Assembly: GCA_951406725.2 (NCBI GenBank)
Contig: OX597828.1
Location: 1,116,001 to 1,180,000 of the forward strand
Direction: 5' to 3'
Source: Octopus vulgaris
Taxonomy: Eukaryota
Length of the DNA: 64,000 nt
Shown here: in pieces, positions 13,901 to 26,326 of the stretch
Layout: each line of letters begins with the position of its first letter
Numbering within the stretch: position 1 is the stretch's first letter
Position numbers and translations under genes: made by a program
The notes under the pieces: model-generated
Databases searched by the model: none
What the model was told of the DNA's origin: nothing
The model's input: only the letters and a program-made list of their open reading frames with translations

Positions 13901-14764
13901 TTTCCAGACCTCTTAAATTGAAGGCAAATCCAACAACAGCAGCAATTAATTATCCACAATAAATATGTAGTAAAAAAAAATTGACCCAAGAAAGATTTGC
14001 TTTGTGAGAGCAGAAAATTGTCTTATTCCTATCTATGCAATAGTGGGAATTAGATGAAAAAGTGGAGAACTAAAGAAGAGAAACTCCTTTGTGATTATAG
14101 TTAACTGAAGGGGTACCAGATTTTATAGGCAATTTGCTCCCTGCACTCCTCACTTAAAACATAAATACACACACACACTCATACAAACAGATATACACAT
14201 TCATGCACACACATGTTGGTGTACATATTATCTGTTGTAGTCTGTTGGATTCAAAAGTTAATGAGTTGATAATTGTGATGATGTGGGTTGCATTGGTCTA
14301 TATGTTAGTAATGGTGGGTGAGTATTGTTGGTGTTGACGTGGTTATGTTGTTCTTGCTAATTGTATTGCTGTGGCTGTTTAGTCTCAAGTCAATCCTCAT
14401 AGACCTTAGACTAGGACACCACATTATAGGTTTCTATTTGAAATAGATTTGCTTATCTACTTCATACAATATATTACTGTTGCTGTTGTTGGTTGCATTT
14501 GTGTTGATGATAGAAACACACATTTGTGTGTGTGTGTGTGTGTGTGAATGTATACTCACATTATGTATATATATGTGTGTGTGTGTGTGTGCAACATGAT
14601 GACAGTTTTCCAAAACATTAACAATAAAACGTAAGTGGTCACTGAGCTAAGAGGAAAGTGTAGTTTTAAATTAACAATACAAGTTTAAGTAAGAGCAAAA
14701 TTACAGACCCTATCCCAAAATTATACTTTACAATTTCCATAAGCAGGAAATCCTGTAGCCATAA

Positions 14765-15380
14765 TGTTAAGGATGCCTGTATGACGAAGACAGCTGTGTA
14801 AAGAAGTGCTGATCTCTAACTGTGGAGAGAACCTGTAGTAGAGGTAGACCCAGGAAGATGTGGGACAAGGTGGTGAAATATGATCTTTGAAATTTGGGCC
14901 TCACAGAGGCAATGACCAGTGACTGAGACCTTTGGCAATATGCTGTGCTTAAGAAGACTCGTCAAGCCAAGTGAAATTGTAGTCATGGCTGATGCTGGTA
15001 TCACGTAACTGGCACATAAAAAACATCTTTCAAGCATTGGACCTCATGGACACAAAGTGGATGAGCTCCTTTTGAATGTTGGACCTCACGGAGGCAATGA
15101 CCAAGACCTTTGGCATTATGTCATGCTTGAGAAGAAGACCCATCAAGCCGATGAAAATCACAGTCAAGACAGATACCAGTGTCATGCAAATGGCACCCAT
15201 GCTGGTGGCACATAAAAGCATCCATTACACTCTCGGAGTGGTTGGTATTAGGAAGGGCATCCAGCCATAGAAACCATACCAAATCAGACAGGAATCTGGT
15301 GCAGCTTTCCAGCTTGCCAGCCCTGGTCAAACCGTCCAGCCTATGCCAGCATGGATAACAAATGCTAAATGATGATGATA
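14765..15380 (+). mobile_element. RTE 3' fragment
   Basis: GGTAGACCCAGGAAGA ORF end, 3'UTR and (GAT)n tail. Confidence 0.85.
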
Positions 15381-15404
15381 TATATATATATATATATATA
15401 TATA

Positions 15405-16040
15405 CTAGCAGTATCGCCCGGCGTTGCTCGGGTTTGTAAGGGAAATAACTATATAAGCATTTTTAGAGAGTTATAGCCAAAAAATAGCAAAAAATGCATT
15501 AAAAATGAAAAAAATATGATGGTAAATTTTTTTTTAAATCGTTGACTCATCGTAGACATTTTTAGAGAGTTACTTCCCTTATATAATAGCGAAAAAATGC
15601 ATTAAATGGAAAAAAAACGATGGTAAATTTTTTTTTAAATCGTAGACTCATGTAGACGCTTTCTTAGCCATTTCTGTTTTGGTGTCTTCAAGCCATGAAG
15701 TCGTTGTTCTAAAAGAACACTGGTCTCCTTGACAACGCATTACGACGTTGATTTCCTTACACTCCCTTCCCCACAGGTGCAGGTGTGAGCGTGGACGCCA
15801 ACTCCGCCGCCATCGACACACGAAAAATTATGCATTAAAATGGAATAAAAAATGATGTTAAATTATTTTTAAAATCGTAGACTCATCGTAGACGCGCGCT
15901 AATATTCAGACGGGCTCGATATGAATCACGACTATAAGCTACCTGAATTTGGTTAAACTGCACCGCAAAATGTGGGAGTAGTTAGGAATCTAAATCGAAG
16001 GGGACAGACACTCACACAACTACAGTTTTATATATATAGA
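15405..16040 (-). mobile_element. Non-autonomous Helitron
   Basis: On the minus strand: 5'-TC...CTAG-3' inserted between A and T, with a subterminal hairpin CCCGAGCAACGCCGGG. Ends are shared with 53549-54383. Confidence 0.85.
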
Positions 16041-16064
16041 TATACATAGCGCAGTAGTGGTGAG

Positions 16065-16415
16065 ATGTGACAGCAAAGAAAAGCATACATTCACTCTCTG
16101 CATGCAATTAGACTCGGAAAGTTCGTGAGGAACCCATTGACCCAATTTGCTGACTTTTCCGATAGCACACAGGTGTCAATGAATGGTTGAATGACCAAAT
16201 CCAAGCTTCTCTGCTAGTTCCTCAACAGTTACGATGAGATTTTGTTCCACCAGGGTTTTCAGGATGTCCTTGTCGAGTTCTACAGATCTTTCAGGATGAG
16301 GCTCGTCTTCTAGGCTGTAGTTTATGGCTCGGGATTTCTGGAACCACCATTGACACAGCCTTACGCTTATTGTCCAATCCCCATATACTGCATTAATATT
16401 TCTTGTACTTTGCAC
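16065..16415 (-). mobile_element. Mariner transposase fragment
   Basis: WFQK...SLEDEPH...LKTLVEQN..TVEELAEKLG....TIH is the mariner HTH region. Confidence 0.8.
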
Positions 16416-16477
16416 ACATTTATATTCTGTTATTCTTTTATATGTTTCAGCCTTGAGGTTGTGGCCATGCTGGATCA

Positions 16478-16724
16478 TGTGTGTGTGTGTGTGTGTGTGT
16501 CTATCTGTCTGTCTGTCTGTATGTATATATGTATATGTATGTGTGTGAACAATAATATTTTCAACAGATGTGTTGCAAATGTATCTGATTGTTCTCAAGC
16601 TTCAATACTGTGTGTGTGTATGTGTGTGTGTGTATGTATGTATGTATATGTATGTATGTATGTATATGTATGTATGTATGTATGTGTGTATGTATGTATG
16701 TGTGTGTGTATGTATGTGGGTGTA

Positions 16725-16755
<31 letters not shown>

Positions 16756-16790
16756 ATGTATGTATGTATGTATGTATGAGTGTATGTTTA
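16478..16790. repeat. (TG)n/(TATG)n microsatellites
   Basis: Direct inspection. Confidence 0.93.
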
Positions 16791-17019
16791 CTTTATTACT
16801 AACACAAGCCACTACGGTTATTTAATGTAAAGTCTTCCTCAAATCACTCTCTCTCGCTATTTACTCTCTTCCAAGAACATTTTCACTCACTCTTAGCTCT
16901 TAGCTTCCCATACATTTTACTCATGTATCTATCAGCGTCATAGACAGAATACTTTCAGTTTAGTCTTCCTCAAATCACTCTGTCGCTATTTACTTTCATT
17001 TTATTCGTTGCACACTGTG

Positions 17020-17700
17020 TGTGTGCGTTTGCGTGTGGTGTAAACCAGACTAAGAAAAGCATTTGACACACACACCAGAATGTGAGTTTTCTGTAAATTT
17101 TGCTTAATTGGAGTTTAAATTTTAAAAACTGGACCTGGCATGACACGATGCATTGTACTCTCAAAAATGCTAGGTAAATTGTAATTGAAGAAATCCTATA
17201 TTGTAGATTTGTATAACTCCCAAAGGGAGGCAGATAAAATCTGCCTTTTATAATAAGAGATATTTGGAAAAGGATGCATGGCGTTCGATCATATAATAAT
17301 ATAAATAATATATATGCATATATACATACATATATGTACATACCTACATATATATGTATATATGCATGCATATATGGGTACAGGACATCAAAAAAACATT
17401 GAACACAATGAGAAACGAAAACATAAAAAAAACATAGAAACAAACTTTTTTTTGAACAACGAAAAAAACAAACAGAAAAACGAGACATACAACATAAAGA
17501 ATATTCCCCTTCTTCAGTTGTCCCTGTTTCATCTACTCCATGTTTCGAAGACAAGGACAAGACACAACAGTCCTTCCCGTAAAGCAAATTAAATAAAATT
17601 TGGGATTTTTTGCAGAGGGTGAAAGTGGTAACAAGAACAGGACAGTGAGAACAAAACAGTAAAAACAAACAGTGAGAGCTGCTAAGCCAAGACAATAGAA
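17020..17700 (-). mobile_element. Composite repeat (Helitron-like 5' end plus unclassified T-rich repeat), paralogous to 55385-55930
   Basis: Both loci share ...GGAGGCAGATAAAATCTGCCTTTTATAATAAGAGAT followed by GGATGCAT...CCCCTTCTTCAGT...GTTTCATCTACTCC. Confidence 0.65.
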
Positions 17701-17904
17701 AAATTATTATGAACGCTAGGAAGACGAGCTTATGAAGGAGACAGTATAAGCACGTTTTTTTCTTTACAAAGATAGTGGGAAGAAAGATAGATTCTCTTTT
17801 GTCACGTATCAGCGACGAGAGAGTTAAGGAGAAGGAGTGAGAGAGATGGAATGGTGAAGAGGAGAGGAGAAGAATAGGGAAGGGTGAGAGAGAAAACCAT
17901 AAAT

Positions 17905-17977
17905 ATAACTGTGCCAAGTTTCATTGCTCTACTGCTATGGGAAGTGGGTCAGGGGCATTACTTATTGAACGCCCCTC

Positions 17978-17978
<1 letters not shown>
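17905..17978. mobile_element. Isolated terminus of the mariner family at 47582-48850
   Basis: Reverse complement of 47582-47655; ends GAACGCCCCTCG-TA. Confidence 0.85.
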
Positions 17979-18012
<34 letters not shown>

Positions 18013-18014
<2 letters not shown>

Positions 18015-18829
18015 AGGGAGTCCCCAAAAGTAACTGGAAACATTATCTGTGGGACAAACCCATAGTTCAAGCTTCTGTTGTTAGAAGCCACTTCATGTGG
18101 CCTTCAGGCATCAGTCTGCTGAAGGGCAGCATCCAGTGAGATCATGCATCTTTGTTTTGCAGTGCTTCTCCTGTTTGTCAATTTTTGCAATGGCTGAAAC
18201 AAAGGAACAGCATGCTTCCATGAAATTCTGTTTACTGCTGAGAAAACTGGTGACTGAAACAGTTGTCATGCTTCAAACAGCTTACAAGGATGCTGCTGAG
18301 AGCAAAACACAAGTTTGCAAGTGGTTCCCACACTTTAGGAATGGTGACTTATTGCTTAAAGACCAACCTCACTGAGGATGACCATCGATCTTGGAGGACC
18401 ATCACTGAACAATTGACAAGCTCACTGATATGACTGGTATGTCCTGGAGCTCCTGCCAACCAATTTTGAGGGAGGAATTGCAAATGAAAAGAGTTGCAGC
18501 AAAATTTGTACATCACTTGCTCACAGAAGACCAAAAGCAGTCACGACTGAATGTGTGTTGGGAACTGAAAGAATAGTTGGCAGTTGATCCAGACCTTTTT
18601 TTCAATGGTCACTACTGGTGATGAAAGCATATTGTGAAGATGTGGAAGAGGTGAAGAACAAAATCAATAGAGTCACAAGAGTTCCAGCACTGCTTCAAAT
18701 AGTGGAAAAGACGTCTGGACCGATGCCTTGCTTCAAATGGAGAATACTTTGAAGGCAATAAAAGTGTAAACATTCAAAACGAAGTGAATAAAATAATATT
18801 GCAAAATTCCGGTTTCTTTTGGGCACACC

Positions 18830-18833
<4 letters not shown>
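18013..18833 (+). mobile_element. Internally deleted mariner element
   Basis: TIRs CGAGGGAGTCCCCAAAAG / CTTTTGGGCACACCCTCA within (TA)n; MAETKEQHASMKFC...TETVVMLQTAY...KWF..FRNG; VTGDE remnant. Confidence 0.85.
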
Positions 18834-18859
<26 letters not shown>

Positions 18860-18864
<5 letters not shown>

Positions 18865-20365
18865 GACCCTCGGATATCACTGCTAAGATGATTAAAATAT
18901 CAGGTTGTGTGGGATACAGCCAAGTCACTCACATAGTTCATCAGGTTATTCAGGAAGGCGTCATCCCAAAGACTGGTGTAGCATTATTATAGTCAGCTTA
19001 GACAGAAACAACTACAAAGGTATCAAACTGCTTGATCAGGTCATGAAAATTACAGAGAGATAGTTATGTCTCAACTAATTAGGGATAGACTTAAACTAGA
19101 TGAGATGTAATTTGGCTTTGTTCCTGGGAGAAGTACCACAGATACCATTTTCATAGTGAGATGGTTGCAAGAAAAGTATCTGGCCAAAAGTAAGCCATTG
19201 TACTTAGCTTTCGTCGACCTGGAGAAAGCTTTCAACAGGGTTCCCCACTCTCTTATTTGGTGGTCTGTAAGGAAGCTAGGAGTAGAGGAGTGGCTTGTTA
19301 AAGTGGTTCAAGTCATGTATAGCGATGCTGTCAGTAAGGTGAGAGTTGGCCTTGAATACAGTGATGAATTTAACATACAAGTTGGAGTGCACCAGGGATC
19401 AGTTCTTAGTTTAACTCTTAATTATCATAGTTCCCTGGGTCATAACAGGTGAATTTAAAACTGGATGCCCATGGGAAATACAATATGCTGATGATCTTGC
19501 TCCTTTGCAGAATCTGAAGCAGAATTGGAAAAGAAGTTCTGGGTTTGGAAGCAAAACCTGGAATCAAAGGGCCTTAAAGTTAACTTAGCTAAGACTCTCA
19601 TTCCAGCTGGTAAATGGCCCTGTTCAATAAGCAAGAAAGGAGTGGGATGTAATTCCATTCAGTATACAAAGTGTAACCTATGGATGTGTAGTAGTCTGTG
19701 GTCTGTAGCTAAAATAGTTGAATGAGCTATCTTGCAAGAAGTTTTATAGAGTAATCTCCCTTTAATAAGTTTCTCAGAAGATTCTACTTCACGAGAAGTA
19801 ATTCTAATTTTTCAAGAAGCTTCGCATTTCTCTTGGAAGTTTCTAGAATGTCTAGCATTCCATTAATAAAAACAGTTTGCTTGCCCTGCTCTTCGCTTCT
19901 TAGTCGACTAGACTCTGAGCCATTCACATCGTTGCTATGCCTGCCTATTTCTCTTTGCCACATGACTGAAAACCATCACTTAGCTGTTACTTCTACATTC
20001 CTGAACTTCCTTGCATAGATTACTTCATTCAACTAAATTCTACATTTTGATTATATTTCATCAACAACCAATTAATAAAATATATTTTTATGTAGTAAAT
20101 ATATAGTTCTTAAATTTCTTCTTCTTCTTCTTTGTAAGATTTCTTCGAATAATATACATGCAGCCATTTCAATACTTAATACTGAACATATATTCCACAC
20201 TACAGATGCATATGAGATGCAGTGGAATCAGATAAGGCTGCTTTTGTGTGTAGCAGATGCACTGGAACAGTGAGTATTAAGAGCACAAGGGACTTAAACT
20301 CTCTCAAATGCCCAGGAGGCTTGCTTGAGGTAGTAGATAGGTTCTGCTATTCAGGTGACCAAATT
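18860..20365 (+). mobile_element. Old RTE RT fragment split by a solo LTR
   Basis: ORF 19156..19452 (FVDLEKAFNRVP, GVHQGSVLS). The reading CNLWM|HMRCS resumes after 20204. Confidence 0.88.
19687..20204. mobile_element. Solo LTR (518 bp)
   Basis: TGTAGT...ACTACA termini and a 4-bp TSD GATG (19683-19686, 20205-20208); cleanly interrupts an RTE reading frame. Confidence 0.82.
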
Positions 20366-20529
20366 TCTGCCTCCGTATTTCTCCGTTACACTGTAACCTT
20401 TCATCATTTGATACTGGATCACCTCTTCTAATGCCTTGCTTCTGTCTCTTTGTCGCACTCTAACTTTCATCCTCTGACACAAATGCCCTACCCCTCCCAT
20501 AATTCCTTGTCTTGTGAGTTACTTGGTTA

Positions 20530-20800
20530 CCCTGCCAGTGCTGATGCCACATTAAAAGCATTCAGTCCACACTGTAATATGGTTGGCAAAACTAACTTTG
20601 CCTGTGCTAGTGCCATGTAAAAAGCACTGAGTCCACTCTGCAGAGTGATTGGTGTTAGGAAGGCATTCACCTGCAAAATTCCTGCCAAAACAGACACAAC
20701 AGCCTTGGGTAAATTTTCTACCTGGCCAGCTCCTGTCAACTGTCCTACCCATGCATGAATGGAAGATGGACATTAAACGATGATGATAATGATAATGATA
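20530..20800 (+). mobile_element. RTE 3'UTR fragment
   Basis: GAGTGATTGGTGTTAGGAAGGCATTC...GGACATTAAACGATGATG. Confidence 0.8.
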
Positions 20801-20945
20801 TATATAAGAGACCGTCCTAGCATGAGGCATTTATGTATAGTAATGCCCTTAATATAGATAAATATATTAAAATTTTTCCCTTATGACGTTTTTTCACGCT
20901 AACTACTTGATAAATTCTTATAAAGATTTAATCCTACTTTTAAAT

Positions 20946-20978
<33 letters not shown>

Positions 20979-21819
20979 CAAGTGAGAGGGAATGCAGGTA
21001 GGACAATGCTATTGCCCCTTATTCTCTTAGAGATTTCAGCATCCATATCTCAGTGCATATTCACTGCATGTTTCAAATAGATGTTTTCTTTTACCTCTTT
21101 GATTTATTTGCTTCTCACCTTTATTCAGCCTTTACCACGTCTTGTACATATATATTCGCATGCGCGCGCACACACAGATGCATTAATTAAAAGGATGCTA
21201 AATAGCACTAACTGAAATAACACTATGTTTATTTATTTATATTTACCATGTTGATGTACATTCAAATTTGAAAAGAAAGCTTCTGTCATTTTTTGACATT
21301 TTAGTCAACACCTCCTTAACTGATAGAAGCTGTCTTTGCCCTGCTAGTATAACTAGTGCATCAAATCAAGCTGAGACTGATATGACCCTGATCCTCCACT
21401 TATTTTTATTTTGCATGGTACAGTAACCAATATGTATTACAAACATATCCCAATGTCCAAGTAGACTGTCTATAGTCAGCTCCTTACTTCATCATCATCA
21501 TTTAATGTGTTTTCCATGCTGGCACTTCTCCGCTTATAATTCATCAAAGCAAACACTTTTTTCCCAAATGGTATCCTGTACTTTCAAAAGCTTATTATAC
21601 AGTCTTTCTTTGCTAAGGTGTACTTTCTAGAAAACATTAAAAAAAACACAAAGTGTCTAGCATAGTTTCAAATCTATTGGTTCGTACCCAGGTGGGAGAG
21701 CCATAACCATAAAATAATACAGATGCAGCGACAGTATAGAAATTTATCAGATTTTTTAAAGCGATAAGATTTCTACATTATACTGAAACTTAAGTGTTGC
21801 CCAAACTTAAGCACAGGCA

Positions 21820-22725
21820 CTGTGCTAAAAAATACACAGACAATAGGCTCCTTCAAATGCTCAGGGGGATCATCAGAAGTAGTAGATGGCTTCTGTTACC
21901 TAGGAGACCAAGTTAGCAGTAGTGGAGAAGGTTCTGAAAGTGTAATTGCTAGGATAAGAACAGGTTGAGCAAAGTTCAGAGAGTTTCTACCTTTGTTAGT
22001 AACCAAGGGCCTCTCCCTCAGAGGGAAAGGCAGATTGTATGAAGCCTGTGTACGTACAGCTATGTTACATGCCTGTGAAACATGAGCCCTGCAAAAGCTT
22101 GAAAGAAATGAAGCTAGCATGCTCTGCTGGATGGGTAATCAGTGTGCATGCACAAGAGAGTAAATGATTTAAGAGGGAAACTGGGTATAAGAGGCGTTAG
22201 ATGTTGTGTGTAAGAGAGAAGACTGCACTGGTTTGGTCATGTGATGTGTATGGATGAGGACAGCTCAATAAAGAAGTGCCAAGCTCTAATTGTGGAGGGT
22301 ACCTATGATAGGGGTAGACCCAGGAAGACATAGGATGAAGTGGTGAGAAAGGATCTTCAGACACTGAGCCTCACTGAGGAAATAACAAGGGACCGGGAGA
22401 TGTGGTGATTTGCTGTACTTGATTAAAACACGTCAAGATAAATAAAATTGCTATCTTCCACACATACAGGCTTGTATCTTCAGGAGCCAGTGCTACTTAA
22501 AAAGCACCCATGCTGGTGCTGCACAAATGCACCTATGCTGGTGGCGCATAAAAAGCACCCAGCAGGCTCTGTTAAGTGGTTGGCATTATGAAGGGCATCC
22601 AGCCATAGAAACCATGCCACAACAGACAGTTGGAGTCTGGACAGGTCCCTGCTAGCCAGCTCCATGTCAAATTGTCCAACTCATGCAGCATGGAATGCAG
22701 ATTTTAAATGATGATGATGATGATG
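21820..22725 (+). mobile_element. Decayed RTE 3' portion
   Basis: YLGDQVSS, AKFRE.LPLLVTKG and GRPRKT motifs with stop codons; (GAT)n tail. Confidence 0.88.
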
Positions 22726-23795
22726 AATGGCTTTCTGTAAGGTAAATATAGGGTAACATTAGCCACTCGTTATTATCAGCAAATGCCACAGATGGTTTAG
22801 ATAGCTGTTTCTCATAACAAAGTTGATGCCATGTTGATGATGTCCACTTTCAGAGCAGTTGCTCCAGACAAATATAGCCCTCACCAACCTTAAGGAAACC
22901 TTTTCAAAGTTTCATTAAGTGAACCATATAATGTCTAAGTTCACTGGCTATTGGTGTCATTCATTAGTTAGGTTGCTTTGTCAAGTTGCCAATATATATC
23001 CATGTATTTTGTATAAGTGTGAATGGTATACACACAAACTTAGCTGCCAATGACCATTACTTTACTGCTGACATGAGTTCTAATTAAAAGCTTCCAATAT
23101 TCAAACTGGCTCCTTTTGCCAATTTCCATTACTACCAGACATGTTATAGATCCTTATTACAAGAGTGAAAACTGTGCATAGTCACTGTGAAAATGACTGG
23201 TACATTCACCTACCCGCCCAAAATTCACAACTTATTTTCTCCCAAAGTGCCCTCTCCCAGTTTTTGTCTTCCTAGACAATCTTCAATACTGGTTCTCGAT
23301 AAAAATAAATCGTACCTCCTTTCAAAAATTATGTTTATCATGATTACTCTCTTCTTTTTATTAAAAATAAATTCAAAAACAAAATATTGTTATTTTCACA
23401 TGATCATTTACATTCAGAAGGATCAATCAACTGACAGGTTGAATTGCTTGTGGTGTTGGCGGTCGGTGTTATGGGACGTGATGAGCTATGTGGTGTTGGT
23501 GGAGAGGATGACAGATGAGGTGGGCGGAAGTAGGGCTTGCAGGGGCCGGCGGAAGACTGAGCGGCATATGCATGGCAGGAAGCGGATGTGGTCAAGGAGG
23601 AAGCACATGTGGTCAGTGAGGAAGCGCGGCAGTTCCAGCATAGACAGCAAAGCGACAGGACGTGTCAAATTCGTGAGAGACCGCTGATTTCACCAAGGTA
23701 AGGCCTTTTGTATTTCTTTCTCCCGTTGCTTCTTTTTTCTGTTGTCCTCTTCATCCATCACACTACAAGCTACTTCGGCTCATAAAAAAAAAAAA

Positions 23796-24542
23796 ATGAT
23801 GAGTGCCCGTATTTCGAACGAGATGATCAAACCATTTTGCGGTGACACAGATGTAGTCGCTTGGTTGAAGGTGAAGTTGGTGGCAAAGCTCCAAGATATA
23901 AGCGACCTAGCGAGTTTTAAACCGCTGTACTTGGATGGTTTGGCATTGGCGCTGTATCTAGAGATGGAAGAGAAGGACCAACTTAGCGCAGAGAAAGTAG
24001 AAATCCGGTTGATGGAGGCCTTTGCGGAGGAAATGTTTGAGGCATACGCTCGCCTGGGGAAAACAAGATGGACTGGGGAACAGGTGGACGTATTTGCCAA
24101 TGAACTCAGGAGATTGGCTAAACTGGCGGATTATGAGGGAGAGTCGCTGGTTAAGTTGGTGTTTGTGACTGGCTTTCCTGTCAACATGTTGGTCGAGTTG
24201 CAGCAGCTTCAAAACATTCATTCGATGGCGATGGCAGACATCGTATCTCGGGCACGCGTTCTAGTTTCGTGCAGCAGAATGACGTCGGTAGCAGCTACTG
24301 CAACAACGAAAAGTGGCCGAGCTAGGAGCAGCAGAGAGGGGTCAAAGAAAGAACATGTGCGACCATTCAAAGGACAGTGTTTCCAGTGCCAGGGTCCGCA
24401 CATGGTGCGTGACTGCGAGTCACCCAAGCCTGAGGTCATTTGCTACCGGTGTCAAGAAACGGGGCATATAGCCAGCAAATGTCTGCGGGGAAACGGACTG
24501 GGAGAGACTACTGTGCCGGTAGTTGTCCTTTCGGATCAATAG
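23796..24542 (+). CDS. gag: Gag with two CCHC-type zinc knuckles
   Basis: Open ORF containing CFQCQGPHMVRDC and CYRCQETGHIASKC. Confidence 0.88.
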   Translation: MMSARISNEMIKPFCGDTDVVAWLKVKLVAKLQDISDLASFKPLYLDGLALALYLEMEEKDQLSAEKVEIRLMEAFAEEMFEAYARLGKTRWTGEQVDVFANELRRLAKLADYEGESLVKLVFVTGFPVNMLVELQQLQNIHSMAMADIVSRARVLVSCSRMTSVAATATTKSGRARSSREGSKKEHVRPFKGQCFQCQGPHMVRDCESPKPEVICYRCQETGHIASKCLRGNGLGETTVPVVVLSDQ

Positions 24543-25738
24543 AGGCGCGTTTATCGTTACTACCTGTGGTCGACATTCTGGTGGAGGAGAAGATGTCGCG
24601 AGCCCTCGTGGACACGGGCTGTACAACAACCCTGATGACTCCAAAAGTGGTAGAGACGTGGAGTGGAGAAAGCAGTGTAAGAGCAGTACACTGTGAAGGC
24701 ATTACAGATGCACAGGTTGTAGTGCAGGGAATAAGGCTGATGCTGCAAGCAATTGCAGTTGGCCACTTGGTGGACGAGATTGACGTGGTGATGGGGATGG
24801 ATGCAATCACCCATTTGGGAGGTGTCACTGTTAACGAGGCCAATGTAACCAGACGGAGTGTGCAGAGAGTGGTTAGCAGCTGTGACAGGTGCCAGTCCAT
24901 CGACCCTGCTCCAGGCGTACATGAGGCGGGAAGTAATCCAGTGGTCCACGGCTGGAAACGACTGGCGGTGGACATAACACACTACCGGCAGGGGACATAC
25001 CTCTCAATGGTTGACTGCGGACTGGGGCGGTTGGCCATATGGAGGGAGATGAAGACGGGGACCGCAGAGGAAATTGTGAAAGTATTGAATGAGATATTCC
25101 TGGAACGAGGCCCCGTAGATGAACTGATTCTGGATAATGGCACTGCATTTCGCTCGGAGGTGCTGAAAGAAATGCTTGATGGGTGGAAGGCCAACCGCTT
25201 CTTCAGGGTGGCATACCAGCCAAGTGAAAATGGGGTGGTGGAAAGGCATCATCGTACCATCAAGACCATGGCAGAGAGGGGCCACATTTCACCAATCGAG
25301 GCTGTATTTTGGTACAGGTCGCCCAGATCAGGACAGGCTGAGGAGTCGGTGCCACACAGGGCAATATTCAGGTACGAGTGGAGGCATCCGTGTACTGCAT
25401 CAATGCGACCTGGGGCAGAGGAAGAGCAAGCCTTCGTAAAAACCCCAAACACATGGTGTACATCACGATGGGGAAAGGGAACAATAACCTCTATAAATTC
25501 GAAGAACAACATTTCTGTCGATGGTATGCCATGCCACATTTTGGATATATGGAAGATTGTCCATACCTCAGAGGATGGAACCAGCAGCAGTGGGCAAGAA
25601 GATGAAGACAACATCAGTAGACAAGATGATGAAGCCAGCAGCAACATGCCAGGAACCAAGGCCAGTCCTAGGGTCGCACTGCGACCACAGAGGGAACGGC
25701 ACCTTCCTCCCTGGTTGGTTGATTATGAAACCACTTAA
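24488..25738 (+). CDS. pol: Pol remnant: aspartic protease fused in frame to integrase core, entered via a probable -1 frameshift
   Basis: Slippery G-GGA-AAC at 24488-24494; ALVDTGC protease motif; CDRC, AVDITH, ILDNG and NGVVER integrase motifs; no RT motifs. Confidence 0.82.
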   Translation, partial: GKRTGRDYCAGSCPFGSIEARLSLLPVVDILVEEKMSRALVDTGCTTTLMTPKVVETWSGESSVRAVHCEGITDAQVVVQGIRLMLQAIAVGHLVDEIDVVMGMDAITHLGGVTVNEANVTRRSVQRVVSSCDRCQSIDPAPGVHEAGSNPVVHGWKRLAVDITHYRQGTYLSMVDCGLGRLAIWREMKTGTAEEIVKVLNEIFLERGPVDELILDNGTAFRSEVLKEMLDGWKANRFFRVAYQPSENGVVERHHRTIKTMAERGHISPIEAVFWYRSPRSGQAEESVPHRAIFRYEWRHPCTASMRPGAEEEQAFVKTPNTWCTSRWGKGTITSINSKNNISVDGMPCHILDIWKIVHTSEDGTSSSGQEDEDNISRQDDEASSNMPGTKASPRVALRPQRERHLPPWLVDYETT

Positions 25739-26111
25739 GGTGTGAGTTCAGGAGCGAGGAGTGAGTAGGAAAGCCAGTTGAGTGATCTGTAGATCGGGGG
25801 GGGGGGGGGCGTGTGGTGTTGGCGGTTGGTGTTATGGGACGTGATGAGCTACGTGGTGTTGGTGGACAGGATGACTGAGGGGTGCATGCGTGGGAGGAAG
25901 CGGATGTGGTCAAGGACAACACACGTGTGGTCAGCGAGGAAGCACGGCAGTTCCAGCATAGACGGCAAAGCGACAGGGCGTGTCGAATTCGTGAGAGACC
26001 GCTGATTTCGCCAAGGTAAGGCCTTTTGTATTTCTTTCTCCCGTTGCTTCTTTTTGCTGTTGTCCTCTTCATCCATCACACTACATAGCTTATAGAATTA
26101 ATAGCCATCTT

Positions 26112-26326
26112 TAGGCAGCGAGCTGGCAGAATCATTAGCATGCAGGGCGAAATGCTTAGCAATATTTCGTCTACCATTACATTCTGAGTTCAAATTTTGC
26201 CAAGGTCAACTTAACTTTTCATCCTTTTAGGATCGATAAATTAAGTACCAGTTACACACTGAGGTTGATGTAATCAACTTATCCCCACTCCCAAATTTCA
26301 GACCTTGTGCCTATAGTAGAAAGGAG
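26112..26326 (+). mobile_element. tRNA-derived SINE
   Basis: A-box-like TGGCAGAATCA and B-box-like GAGTTCAAAT; flanking direct repeat ATAGCCATCTT / ATAGCCACCTT. Confidence 0.8.

Larger units (their letters stand above)
23449..26085 (+). mobile_element. Gypsy-type LTR retrotransposon A, lacking RT/RNase H
   Basis: LTRs 23449-23767 and 25812-26085 (TGTGG...CTACA), poly-G PPT at ~25796-25810, TSD TTGCT/TAGCT (4/5), gag plus PR-IN ORFs. Confidence 0.94.

Noticed and set aside
16828-16995. 35-bp direct repeat AGTCTTCCTCAAATCACTCT.TC.CGCTATTTACT
   Set aside because: A local duplication with no termini or further structure.
17500-17560. Possible hammerhead (CTGAAGA and GAAAC on the minus strand; also 55885-55930)
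   Set aside because: The boxes are in an order and spacing for which I could not build stems I-III.
16970-17917. 315-aa hydrophobic ORF
   Set aside because: Spans several unrelated repeats and low-complexity T-rich sequence; no domain.
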